A DNA stretch of 50,324 nt. Origin: an uncultured virus (IMG/VR IMGVR_UViG_2839031043_000001). Its lineage: Duplodnaviria > Heunggongvirae > Uroviricota > Caudoviricetes. The notes beneath the pieces were generated by a model. That model saw only the letters and a list, made by a program, of their open reading frames with translations. It ran no database searches and was not told the origin of the DNA. The DNA lies in IMG/VR virus record IMGVR_UViG_2839031043_000001; one strand, 5' to 3'. Positions 10,977 through 19,994 of this stretch are shown one piece after another (position 1 is the first letter of the stretch; the number at the start of each line of letters is the position of its first letter). The position numbers and the translations under genes are program-made.

Positions 10977-11195
10977 GTGTCAAATAAGCATGAACTAATC
11001 ATGGTAAATAGAAACAAGGTGCAAGTATCTGGGGTAAAGGATATTGTAAGCTTAGACGATACCTCGATTACATTGGAAACAACAAATGGCTTTCTAGAAG
11101 TGTCTGGAGAGAAACTCAAAGTTACGAATTTGAACTTAGAGACAGGTGAGGTTTCTATAATTGGTGAAGTAGTAGAGATAAAGTATCTAACCTAA
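10977..11195 (+). CDS. yabP: YabP/YqfC-family sporulation protein homolog
   Basis: H.L...NR....SGVKDIVS.D...I.LET..G.L.V.G..L.V..LNL..G.V.I.G.V..I.Y pattern of YabP. Confidence 0.8.
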   Translation: MSNKHELIMVNRNKVQVSGVKDIVSLDDTSITLETTNGFLEVSGEKLKVTNLNLETGEVSIIGEVVEIKYLT

Positions 11196-11215
11196 AGTTG
11201 GGAAAGGTGAGGAAT

Positions 11216-12031
11216 ATGAGTTTTGACCTGATTTCAGACGTTCATCTGGACTTTTGGGTAAAAGTTGAAAATCCACTACATAAGATGGTGACTCAAGTTA
11301 GGAACTTTATAAATTCTATCTTGCCAGAGACTCCTCATAAAGTCCTCGTTATTGCTGGTGATCTTGGTCATTACAATTGGCAAAATAAACTATTTATTGA
11401 AGAGTTGAAACAGACATATGAGCACATTCTGATAGTTGCAGGAAACCATGATTACTATCTGGTTAGTGCTAATCAAGAAAAACAGTACCGAGGAAGATCT
11501 ATTAATCGTGTCATCGAGATGAAAGAAATCTGCAATGCGTATACCAATGTCCACTATTTTGATGGAGACACAGTAGAGATCGATGGCATTACCTATGGTG
11601 GAGTTGGAATGTGGTACGACTTCTCTTATGGGATGAAAGAACTTGGATATTCAGAAGAGGCCTTGTATTCCAAATGGTGGGATATAATGAACGACTCCAG
11701 ACTAATCAAGGGTTTGTTGGACAAGTCGTTTACATTTGCAGACGAAGAGAAGAAGAAACTTGACGCTATCATTGAACCCTCAGATGTGATAATCACTCAC
11801 GTTGGTGGAGATTGGAGTAGAGTCATCGGGAATTACAAGTTTGATCCAGTGACTTCATTCTACTATTTCGATGGGAGTCAGCATTTTTCAAAGCTGGAAG
11901 GTAAAGTCTGGTGCTTCGGACACACTCATCAGCGGTATGATTATGATGCTTACGGATGCTGGTTTGTTAATGCAGCTTTAGGTTATCCAAGTGAGGACAC
12001 AGGACGCAAAATAGTGCAGATTCAACTGTAG
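11216..12031 (+). CDS. Calcineurin-like metallophosphoesterase
   Basis: SDVH, AGDLG, GNHD, ITH, FGHTH, N..GYP motifs. Confidence 0.9.
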   Translation: MSFDLISDVHLDFWVKVENPLHKMVTQVRNFINSILPETPHKVLVIAGDLGHYNWQNKLFIEELKQTYEHILIVAGNHDYYLVSANQEKQYRGRSINRVIEMKEICNAYTNVHYFDGDTVEIDGITYGGVGMWYDFSYGMKELGYSEEALYSKWWDIMNDSRLIKGLLDKSFTFADEEKKKLDAIIEPSDVIITHVGGDWSRVIGNYKFDPVTSFYYFDGSQHFSKLEGKVWCFGHTHQRYDYDAYGCWFVNAALGYPSEDTGRKIVQIQL

Positions 12032-12053
12032 ACTAAATAAAAGAAAACTTTGA

Positions 12054-12305
12054 TTGGAAGTGAGAGAAAAAATGCATTTTAATCGAAACGTAAATAAGCG
12101 TGTAGCTGATTATGGCGATACGATAGTCACCAATAAAGATCAGTACTTGGTTATTGATACCAGTTTGATTAGCATGAGTAACTATGGACTTGTCTCAATA
12201 AAGGGTATGCATGTTGCAAGTCTATATCCTAACACTGATTGCTTTTATGTTGGAAATGAACTAAAACAAGATGAAATCATCAATGCGGTGTTCCTAAGAG
12301 ACTAA
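12054..12305 (+). CDS. Hypothetical cassette protein
   Basis: ORF bounded by junction palindromes at 12037 and 12306. Confidence 0.55.
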   Translation: MEVREKMHFNRNVNKRVADYGDTIVTNKDQYLVIDTSLISMSNYGLVSIKGMHVASLYPNTDCFYVGNELKQDEIINAVFLRD

Positions 12306-12347
12306 ATAAAAGAGATGTTTTATATGATAAGAGGAGGAATATAAAGA

Positions 12348-13016
12348 ATGAAAAACTTATTCAAACGTATTGCACGTCTGTTTACAATCAAATCGAACAA
12401 ACTATTAAAACAAATGGAAGACTCAATTGAAGTGCTTGAATATGAACTCGGAAAATCTGCTAAAAGTATTGGTGAGTTATCTGATAAGATATCTAAAATT
12501 AGAGCACAGAGACAAACCACACTAGATAATAAAGAAAAAACTAATACATACTTAAAGCAATTGCAAGAAGTATTGGATCTGGCAGTAGCAAAAGACGATG
12601 AAGTTTTAGGGAATGAAGCAATTGAATTATTGGAAAAGAATAAGGAAAAGGTAAAAATTATTGAAGTAAATATTCAATACTTTGATGGAGTAATCTCAAA
12701 ACTAGAGGAACAATATTACAACCTAAAAGCAAAATATGATGATAAAAAGTCAAAATTGGATTCATTAAAAATTAAAAATGAGTTCGCAAAAACAATGGAA
12801 AATGTAAATAAAGAATTGAAGGTTCATTACTCAAATGATGAATTTGATATGTCAGAAATCGAGAAGATTGAAACTGAAATTCAGGAAAAAATTTACTATG
12901 AAGCAAACAAAAATGAGAAGTTAAGTAAGCAAGAGTCACTAGGAGATAAAATGGCAGCACTGACTAAAACTAATCGATTTCAGCAATACAAAGAATCTTT
13001 AAAGGGAGTTAAGTAA
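12348..13016 (+). CDS. PspA/IM30-like coiled-coil protein
   Basis: N-terminal LFKRIARLF amphipathic helix then long coiled coil, 222 aa. Confidence 0.6.
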   Translation: MKNLFKRIARLFTIKSNKLLKQMEDSIEVLEYELGKSAKSIGELSDKISKIRAQRQTTLDNKEKTNTYLKQLQEVLDLAVAKDDEVLGNEAIELLEKNKEKVKIIEVNIQYFDGVISKLEEQYYNLKAKYDDKKSKLDSLKIKNEFAKTMENVNKELKVHYSNDEFDMSEIEKIETEIQEKIYYEANKNEKLSKQESLGDKMAALTKTNRFQQYKESLKGVK

Positions 13017-13017
13017 T

Positions 13018-13377
13018 ATGGTTGCTCCGTTATGGATGGTTCTAGGGTTTGATGTCAGTGTTGTACTATTAGTCGTGACAATAGTTATCTTGATCAAAAA
13101 GTTAAGAGCAAAAAATAACTATGGCAAAAAAATTATTAATTATTCGGAAGAAGATCAAATCATCGAAGTGTCTAAAATAATGAAAAGAAAAGACATAGAT
13201 AAATTTGATGCATTGGAATTAATTAAAAAAAGGAATCAGTTATTTGAAATCAATCTTAAAAAAAGCGAGTTTAAATTTGATTGTCCAGTATGTGGAAGGA
13301 ATAATTGGAAAGTCATGAGCACCAACATTAACTGCGACTGTGAGTCGATCAAGCCTTTAAAAAGCAAGTTAGAATAA
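13018..13377 (+). CDS. Membrane-anchored Zn-ribbon hypothetical protein
   Basis: N-terminal TM segment; CPVC..CDC. Confidence 0.55.
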   Translation: MVAPLWMVLGFDVSVVLLVVTIVILIKKLRAKNNYGKKIINYSEEDQIIEVSKIMKRKDIDKFDALELIKKRNQLFEINLKKSEFKFDCPVCGRNNWKVMSTNINCDCESIKPLKSKLE

Positions 13378-13411
13378 AACCAACATTTTATAAGGAAGGG
13401 AGTAGATTTTA

Positions 13412-13630
13412 TTGGAACGGGGGAGGGTGGTCAAATCTTCTGTGGTGAATGCTGGTCACTTACCTTCAAAGGTTAAAGGTGATGATTATTTAGATGAATT
13501 ACACAATGATAAGGATAGATACCTTGAAGCATTGAGGGAAATTGATATACATATCCGAAGTACAGATGATCCAGTGAGATACATAATTGAGACTTTGAAA
13601 ACTGTACTACCTGAATATAAGACCAAATGA
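13412..13630 (+). CDS. Hypothetical cassette protein
   Basis: ORF between palindromes at 13374 and 13627. Confidence 0.45.
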   Translation: MERGRVVKSSVVNAGHLPSKVKGDDYLDELHNDKDRYLEALREIDIHIRSTDDPVRYIIETLKTVLPEYKTK

Positions 13631-13677
13631 AACTCAAATTTCCTCGGAATTGATAATAAAAGAGGTGAGTATATAAG

Positions 13678-13977
13678 ATGAAAGAACTAACTCTCCCAAT
13701 AGGATATATGGCTGGTCTATGCATTTGGCTATTATACTTAAAGATCAAAGAGATTTATATCAGAAACAAGGAAAGACAAAAGCACAAAGCAGCCGTTGAC
13801 GATAATTTAAAAATGAATTTCCATACTTGTCCATCCTGCCTAAGTCCAATTAAGATCAAACGAAATAAAGAAAATGAAATAATTGATGGTAGTTATATTG
13901 AAACGATCCAAAGATGCATGGTCTGTGGAGTGGATTCTGTATCAACATTGAATATGGAAGGAAATGTAACGAGATAA
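13678..13977 (+). CDS. Membrane-anchored Zn-ribbon hypothetical protein
   Basis: GAGGTG RBS, TM segment, CPSC..CMVC. Confidence 0.55.
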   Translation: MKELTLPIGYMAGLCIWLLYLKIKEIYIRNKERQKHKAAVDDNLKMNFHTCPSCLSPIKIKRNKENEIIDGSYIETIQRCMVCGVDSVSTLNMEGNVTR

Positions 13978-14023
13978 AGCTCAATTTCGGCTAGTTATAG
14001 CGAATGGAAAGGAAGGAAATCAA

Positions 14024-14158
14024 ATGGGTGAGGCAAGAAGACGAAAGCAAGTAGAGGTAAATACATATAGAACTAAAAATAATAACTCAATTAAAAATAT
14101 ATACAATAACATGCTAGGTTTGATTTCATCTGGCAAAATCAAATTGACAAAACGGTAA
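14024..14158 (+). CDS. Small protein with MGEARRRK N-terminus (44 aa, not in track)
   Basis: AAGGAAGG RBS; N-terminus resembles MGEAKRRK (DUF2839-like) motif. Confidence 0.5.
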   Translation: MGEARRRKQVEVNTYRTKNNNSIKNIYNNMLGLISSGKIKLTKR

Positions 14159-14182
14159 TTATGACAAAGAAAGGGGCTTCTC

Positions 14183-14546
14183 ATGAATATTGAATTGGCA
14201 AAGAAATTCATGAAAATTGTTCAAAAGCACTCGCCAAGTTGTTTTATCAACCATAATTTCGAACTAATTGTCGAGCCTAAGAACAACATTTATTTCAGAC
14301 TAGAGGATGTAGACACCGAGTTAGAGCTTAAATGCAAGGTGCTTGCGTGGCTATCCAGACCGAGCTGCAAAGGCATTAGTGACCATTGGCAAAAAAAGGA
14401 TAAGAGCTATTGTAAATGAGTTTCTAAGAACTGACTTCACATTAGATGAAATGCACGAAGTTTACACTCGTTTAGGAAATGATTGCAATAGACAGTTAAG
14501 CATGAAATTCATCGAATCAAATTATGACTTGGCTTTATTTGAATAG
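14183..14546 (+). pseudogene. Phage hypothetical gene split by a frameshift in an A7 run
   Basis: Deleting one A at 14391-14397 joins ...SDHWQK to RIRAIVNEFLRTDF...YTRLGN into one ~120-aa ORF. Confidence 0.7.
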
Positions 14547-14599
14547 TGATTAATGCTATGTATTCAACTAAACGGCAATTGTGAAAAGGAGCGAGGCAA

Positions 14600-14752
14600 A
14601 TGAGTGTTGTAGGATATTGCGGTTACTGCGACAGGCAGTTTGAGTTTCACTCTGAGACTGTAAAGAAATCACTTGATCGTGACGGATATTCATACATAAA
14701 TATTTCTTGCCCGATTTGTGGCGGTTGTGAAGAGGTTCCAACAAGTAAGTAA
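14600..14752 (+). CDS. Small Zn-ribbon protein (50 aa, not in track)
   Basis: AAGGAG/GAGG RBS; CGYC...CPICGGC. Confidence 0.6.
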   Translation: MSVVGYCGYCDRQFEFHSETVKKSLDRDGYSYINISCPICGGCEEVPTSK

Positions 14753-14793
14753 TTAAACACATCATACGATGTGATAAATGGGAGGTCTAACTG

Positions 14794-15075
14794 ATGACGA
14801 AACAAGAGGCTATCGACTTGCTGAACACACTGACAGTAATTGAGTGCGAGATAGAAAATGATTGCTGCTTTGAGGTCATGGTCGCCATGGATTCCGAGAC
14901 AAGGGAAGTCCTTCGGAAATTGGGCAAGACCGATGAATGGATAGACCTGAACAAGCATATAGGCATCGGCATGAGCGAACGAGAAGGCATGTTCAACTTG
15001 ACGCTGCTTGCTTGGGATTATGCAAAGTGGTTTTGCGAGGAAAGAGGATTCTTGTTAGAAGAGCCGGATTATTGA
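14794..15075 (+). CDS. Acidic hypothetical protein
   Basis: GGGAGG RBS; higher GC than neighbours. Confidence 0.6.
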   Translation: MTKQEAIDLLNTLTVIECEIENDCCFEVMVAMDSETREVLRKLGKTDEWIDLNKHIGIGMSEREGMFNLTLLAWDYAKWFCEERGFLLEEPDY

Positions 15076-15117
15076 TTAACAAACCAATCGATTTGTTAAA
15101 TGGGAGGAGATAACAGC

Positions 15118-15249
15118 ATGTGGTGCACTTTTGAATGCAAGGGCTGCGAATGCTCTTTTGAAGTTACCTTTACCGATCATGACTTGGGTGATGAACCATA
15201 TGTAAATTATTGCCCGAATTGTGGTTGCGGACATGTAGAAGCAGTTTAA
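15118..15249 (+). CDS. Small Zn-ribbon protein (43 aa, not in track)
   Basis: GGGAGGAG RBS; FECKGC...YCPNCG. Confidence 0.6.
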   Translation: MWCTFECKGCECSFEVTFTDHDLGDEPYVNYCPNCGCGHVEAV

Positions 15250-15294
15250 CAAAACATTACGTTTGTAAAACCCAAAGAAACTATTGCATAGGAA

Positions 15295-15945
15295 GTGGTA
15301 GAAATACAATTTAAGACATGTGTAGACTGTTTGCAAAATAAGCAGCTTGCAGACTTTTATAATCAGAACAAGTACTCGAAAAAACGTGGAGATTATATTT
15401 ACTATCATCCTGAGTGTAAAGAATGTAGCGTAAAGCGCACTTTTAAATGGAAATACAATAATTATGAAAAGCATAAAGAGGGCGTAAGAAAGAATGATGC
15501 TAAACCAAAGCGACTGGAGCAAAGAAAATTGTATTCAAGAAAGTCGCGAGAAGATGGTTCATATCAAAGATGGAGGGAATCTGAAAGAGGTAAAGAGTCA
15601 ATAAGTAAAACAATGGCGAAAAATAAGTCTAAAATTCATGAAATTACAGATAAAGAGCTAAACGAGTTATATACATATGCAAATTCATCATGTATGTATT
15701 GTGGAATGACAGAAGACGAGCATAAGGCGAAATTTAAAAAGAGATTGCATAAAGATCATGCAATAAATGAGGGTAGTAATAAAATTGACAACTGTGTGTT
15801 GGCATGTTTGACATGCAATTCTTCAAAAAGAGCAAAAGATTGGACTGAGTGGTATACACCATTGAATGATAATTACAGACAAGCAAGATATGACAGAATC
15901 GTTAAATGGTTGAGTGCGCATACTAATTTAGTGGTAAAATCATGA
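15295..15945 (+). CDS. HNH endonuclease with N-terminal Zn finger
   Basis: CVDC..CKEC; CMYCG..HKDH..N..N.VLACLTCNSSK. Confidence 0.85.
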   Translation: MVEIQFKTCVDCLQNKQLADFYNQNKYSKKRGDYIYYHPECKECSVKRTFKWKYNNYEKHKEGVRKNDAKPKRLEQRKLYSRKSREDGSYQRWRESERGKESISKTMAKNKSKIHEITDKELNELYTYANSSCMYCGMTEDEHKAKFKKRLHKDHAINEGSNKIDNCVLACLTCNSSKRAKDWTEWYTPLNDNYRQARYDRIVKWLSAHTNLVVKS

Positions 15946-15983
15946 ATCGAGGAGGAGACATTAAAACTAATAATAAAACAAAT

Positions 15984-16006
15984 AGACTCCCAACATGCAG
16001 GAGTCT
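15984..16006 (-). terminator. Probable terminator of the ligase gene
   Basis: AGACTCC..GGAGTCT hairpin with T-rich tail on minus strand. Confidence 0.5.
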
Positions 16007-16849
16007 CTATAAAACGAATTCTACAAAACTGGGAGATCTCATCAAACCAGACTTAGTGTAACACTGGAACTTAACCTTGCACTGAATCTCAGGTTTCACA
16101 TATCTCCAATCATTAGATTCATTTACTATAAGGCTCTTAGATCTTTGGTGCAGTTTTGCTCTAGCTTCCTTGTTAACAAACTCCATTGTACCAACATAAT
16201 CCCCATCCTTGGACAATGAACAAGCAAACTCACTCTTCTTAATGCCAGTAACGGTTACAGTCTCATACATATATACCTTAGTCTTCAACCAATGATCACT
16301 TCTTGTGTCAAGTAAATAGCGACTATTGAGTGATTTAGAGCAAATACCCTCAAGCCCTAACTCTTTAACTCGATTGAAGAGTTGCTGACCATCTGAAGAT
16401 GAGGGACAGATAGAGATAGAATTCGATGGCTCTACTATTGATTCGAGCAGATTCAAGCGATCAATCAGTGGCATAGATACAGTGCTCTGATTGTTTACAT
16501 AGATGATATCAAACGCAACAAAATGCGCTGGAATAGTAGACATTAAATGCTTAATGGAAATGGGCTTGGTGGTTTGGAATCGCTTCATGACGGATTCCCA
16601 GCAAGGCTTAATACCATCCATCACGATCATTTCCCCATCAATAATAGCACTTGAACAGTTTAGGTCAGGCTGTATCTCAGGAAACTGAGTGGTACATTCG
16701 TTCTGGTGACGGGTGAACAATCTGATTTGACCTTGGTCGTAATGAAGAAGACAACGAAAACCATCAAACTTCAACTGGTGGATTAGATTGCCTGAAGGTG
16801 GACTGTCTGATTTTTGAAGCAACATAGGCTTGATAGGGGTATTTAACAT
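16007..16849 (-). CDS. ATP-dependent DNA ligase (SPbeta LigB/LigD-ligase-like)
   Basis: PML, KFDGFR adenylation motif, IDGE, FDII, EGICSK, WLKTK, MRSPSF; AAGGAG RBS before ATG 16849. Confidence 0.92.
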   Translation of the reverse strand: MLNTPIKPMLLQKSDSPPSGNLIHQLKFDGFRCLLHYDQGQIRLFTRHQNECTTQFPEIQPDLNCSSAIIDGEMIVMDGIKPCWESVMKRFQTTKPISIKHLMSTIPAHFVAFDIIYVNNQSTVSMPLIDRLNLLESIVEPSNSISICPSSSDGQQLFNRVKELGLEGICSKSLNSRYLLDTRSDHWLKTKVYMYETVTVTGIKKSEFACSLSKDGDYVGTMEFVNKEARAKLHQRSKSLIVNESNDWRYVKPEIQCKVKFQCYTKSGLMRSPSFVEFVL

Positions 16850-16923
16850 TAGATACACTCCTTCAATGTTAAGGATAACATTGAAAAGAAGGAATTTGAT
16901 TATAAAAATAATGGGAGGAAACA

Positions 16924-18598
16924 ATGAAGTTACTTAAGCAAATTTTCAAACCGAAGCTTCCAAGGACAACCTTGAACAGAGAAAGTGAAAAATACTATTC
17001 AGAAATGCAGAAGCTTGCTAGAGACTTGGTTTCATATCTAAGTATGAACGAAGATCCTAATGAAGAAACCTTTCAAGGTAACTGGAATCTTACGTTTTTA
17101 GAAGAAAATATGACCGAGGAAGAATACGAAAAGATTGTATTTCAAATGATGTGTCGAATTCCATTAGGAAGGCTGATTGAAATAATTAATAAATCAAAGT
17201 ACATCAAAGCCGAAATAGTGCGTTAAAATAACATTTTAATTCAGAAAGGAGAACTGGACACATGACGATTTGGGAAGCATTGAATCAATTGCAAAATCAT
17301 CAAATGATTGAGGGAACTCCAAAAGATGATTATTGTTTACAGGAGAAGTATATTAGGAAGTTTAATGATCAATTAGAAGAGTGTGAGTATGATGGATATC
17401 CTATAGGCGGCTTTGATTGTGACTTAAGCTTGCTTGATATGTATGATTGGAAATTGAGTAAATTACCTGAGTGGACCCAGATTGATTTCAAGCATGCTCA
17501 TGATTGGTTATCAGATGGAAAAGAGGTAAAGTGTGAACTTGGTGAAAAGGTATACATACACTCACCTAAAAGCCTAAAAGACACATTCTTATCTTGGGAT
17601 CAAATATTACAAGGTGAATGGTACATTAAAAACTAATTAAAGTCCGATTTCATTGGAAAGGTGGTGAGATTATCAAAAAAGAAATGATGTTCACTATTGA
17701 AGAGGTAGTTGAAATATATAACCCTACGGCATCTGGAGCGGATTACAAAGGAATGATTAATGCTGTAAAGATTACAAAAGGGTATGCAAGTTTCGATGAG
17801 CAAGGTGAACTTCAGAATATGTTTGTTGATGATGTGAGGATCGACAACAAACAAACTAGACCAAGTGAACGCATTGAGGCTAGAAACGATAGCATGATCA
17901 AGAAACTATTAAAAAGATTAATCAAATAAAATAAAAGAAAATCCAATTTCTGAAGAAAGAGGAGAGAATTTAAATGCCTAATCTTGATGATGTTCAAACG
18001 AAACTTGAAAAATTGTGGGACTATCTTGATGATATGCCAACAGATAAATCATCTGAAGAAATGAATGACTTGATTGTTGCTGCAATGGATCAAGTTGAGG
18101 AGATTCGAACAGAAATTGATGCTATGGCTCATGAATTAGAAGAGGTAAATATTAAAGTTCAAAATATCATTCATAACGTGTAAGGAGTAGATGCAGATGG
18201 AGAAAGTAATTTTCCCAAAAGAGGTAGCACAGGCAATTGAATCAGTATTAAATCAACTTAAGCATAGTGATGTTGCTAATCATATCATCTTAACCAATTG
18301 GAGTTATTTAGCTGGCATGTTTAAAAAAGAATACTCAGTTCTATATGAATTCGCAAAGACTTCGATGATTGATTACGTAAATGGATTGGTCAACGGATAT
18401 GAAGTGGTTGAGACCCCAGAAGATAAAGTAAAAGCATTTTATGAGGAAGCAATGCAAATTCTACTAAACCCGAATAATTATCAACCTGCAACGGTAACAT
18501 TTAGCCAAGGTGTGGCAACTGGGATACTAAAAACACTAAATATCCTTGGCATAGAGGTAGTTGGTCTTACTGATGATAAAGAACTAATCAAATTGTAG
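16924..18598 (+). other. Run of five small hypothetical ORFs (16924-17226, 17262-17636, 17684-17929, 17974-18183, 18191-18598)
   Basis: Each has an RBS; several junctions carry the 18-bp palindrome; last ORF resembles DUF1642-type phage proteins. Confidence 0.6.
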
Positions 18599-18657
18599 TT
18601 TTATCAGAACAAAAAAGGCAACTGCTCAGAAGAACAGTCACCTCTAATATGATTTAA

Positions 18658-18858
18658 TTACAGTCTTACAACATTCTCAGCTTGTGCGCCACGTTGACCT
18701 TGAGTAATGTTGAATTCAACACGCTGACCTTCATCCAAAGATTTGAAACCGTCTCCTGTGATTGCGGAGAAGTGAACGAATACATCGTCGCCACCTTCAA
18801 CCGAGATGAAACCGAAACCTTTGTCAGCGTTGAACCATTTAACTGTACCTTTTGTCAT
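18658..18858 (-). CDS. cspA: Cold shock protein (CspA family, 66 aa)
   Basis: [15 protein letters not shown] and DVFVHFSAI (RNP1/RNP2); GGAGG RBS before ATG 18858. Confidence 0.97.
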   Translation of the reverse strand: MTKGTVKWFNADKGFGFISVEGGDDVFVHFSAITGDGFKSLDEGQRVEFNITQGQRGAQAENVVRL

Positions 18859-18956
18859 CAATGAATACCTCCAAGATTTTAAGTGAGTCTTAGTGCAAAT
18901 GCAACAAAACTCTGATAATAAATATAACACATTTCTCGAAAAAATAAAAGGAGTGC

Positions 18957-19265
18957 ATGCATATGGAAAACAAACTTACTACGTGGATTCACAATAGCTT
19001 TGCAACTGATATTTTGACCAAAATTAAAGAAGTGCTCAAGACAGTTTATTTACTGGACGACAAGGGAATCACTCAGGCAGAAAACGGACTAACATTTATG
19101 TTTGATGACCAATCTACAGGAGAAATTCATATCACAATTGCAGAGCAGAAAGACACTCACAGTATTCAAATCACTGGAGAGTTTGATTGGGAAGTTGTAG
19201 NNNNNNNNNNTGTATATACAAAAATTCAAGCACTACTAACAGACATTGTGGAAGGAGCTGCATGA
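18957..19265 (+). CDS. Hypothetical protein
   Basis: AAGGAG RBS; contains N gap. Confidence 0.55.
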   Translation: MHMENKLTTWIHNSFATDILTKIKEVLKTVYLLDDKGITQAENGLTFMFDDQSTGEIHITIAEQKDTHSIQITGEFDWEVVXXXXVYTKIQALLTDIVEGAA

Positions 19266-19266
19266 G

Positions 19267-19368
19267 ATGAAGATTATTCTATCCAACAATAAGAACTTTT
19301 TAATTGGCATTAGTGGAAAAGCAGGAGAAATTTCTAAATATCTTAAAGAAAATAAAAATAATAAATAA
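19267..19368 (+). CDS. MciZ-like small peptide (33 aa, not in track)
   Basis: MKIILSNNKNFLIGISGKAGEISKYLKENKNNK; AAGGAG RBS; GKA.EI...LKE core matches B. subtilis MciZ GKAWEIRAKLKE. Confidence 0.55.
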   Translation: MKIILSNNKNFLIGISGKAGEISKYLKENKNNK

Positions 19369-19397
19369 ATACATGTACAAAAGATAAGGAGGCGCAT

Positions 19398-19994
19398 ATG
19401 ACTTTAGTTTTCTTACTTGCATTCATGATGAATGTGAATGCTCCCGAATATCTGATCACCAGTTCTGCACAGGTGATGCAAGATAAGAAAACAGCAGTCG
19501 AGGCAGCAAGCCTTGAAGAAGATACATTTCCTACATATAACATCGACCTTGAGCCAAACATTCAGAAATACATATGGGAAACATCTAAACAGAGAGGCAT
19601 TGACCATGAGTTAATGTTAAGCATTGCTTTTACAGAATCAAGATACGATTCTAATGCAGTATCATACGATAACAGTAGCAGAGGCTTGTTTCAGATGAAC
19701 ACGAGTAATACCTTTCCAGAAGAGGCGCGATTAGCTGGTATCAAAAACCCAGATCCTTTTAATCCTTATCAATCAAGTTTGACTGCAATTAATCATGTGA
19801 AGAGATTGATGGATAAATACAGCGGACAAGGATATGAGGGTGAGAATCTAACAAAGAGGGTATTGCTTGCATATAGAAAAGGCGAATCAGGCAGTGAAAA
19901 ATACATTAAGGCACATGGCTTGGAGCATTCTTACATCAAGAAACTACTCAGTTACAAAAATGAACTAGAAAGGAGTAATAGAAAATTTGATTAA
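19398..19994 (+). CDS. Secreted SLT-family lytic transglycosylase
   Basis: Signal-like N-terminus; TES catalytic Glu, GLFQM, AY..G motifs. Confidence 0.8.
   Translation: MTLVFLLAFMMNVNAPEYLITSSAQVMQDKKTAVEAASLEEDTFPTYNIDLEPNIQKYIWETSKQRGIDHELMLSIAFTESRYDSNAVSYDNSSRGLFQMNTSNTFPEEARLAGIKNPDPFNPYQSSLTAINHVKRLMDKYSGQGYEGENLTKRVLLAYRKGESGSEKYIKAHGLEHSYIKKLLSYKNELERSNRKFD

Larger units (their letters stand above)
14144..15269. repeat. Second junction motif family, about NNACAMA-N8-TDTGWNAA (5 copies)
   Basis: TTGACAAA-ACGGTAAT-TATGACAA (14144), TCAACTAA-ACGGCAAT-TGTGAAAA (14564), TAAACACA-TCATACGA-TGTGATAA (14754), TTAACAAA-CCAATCGA-TTTGTTAA (15076), TTAACAAA-ACATTACG-TTTGTAAA (15246). Confidence 0.7.
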
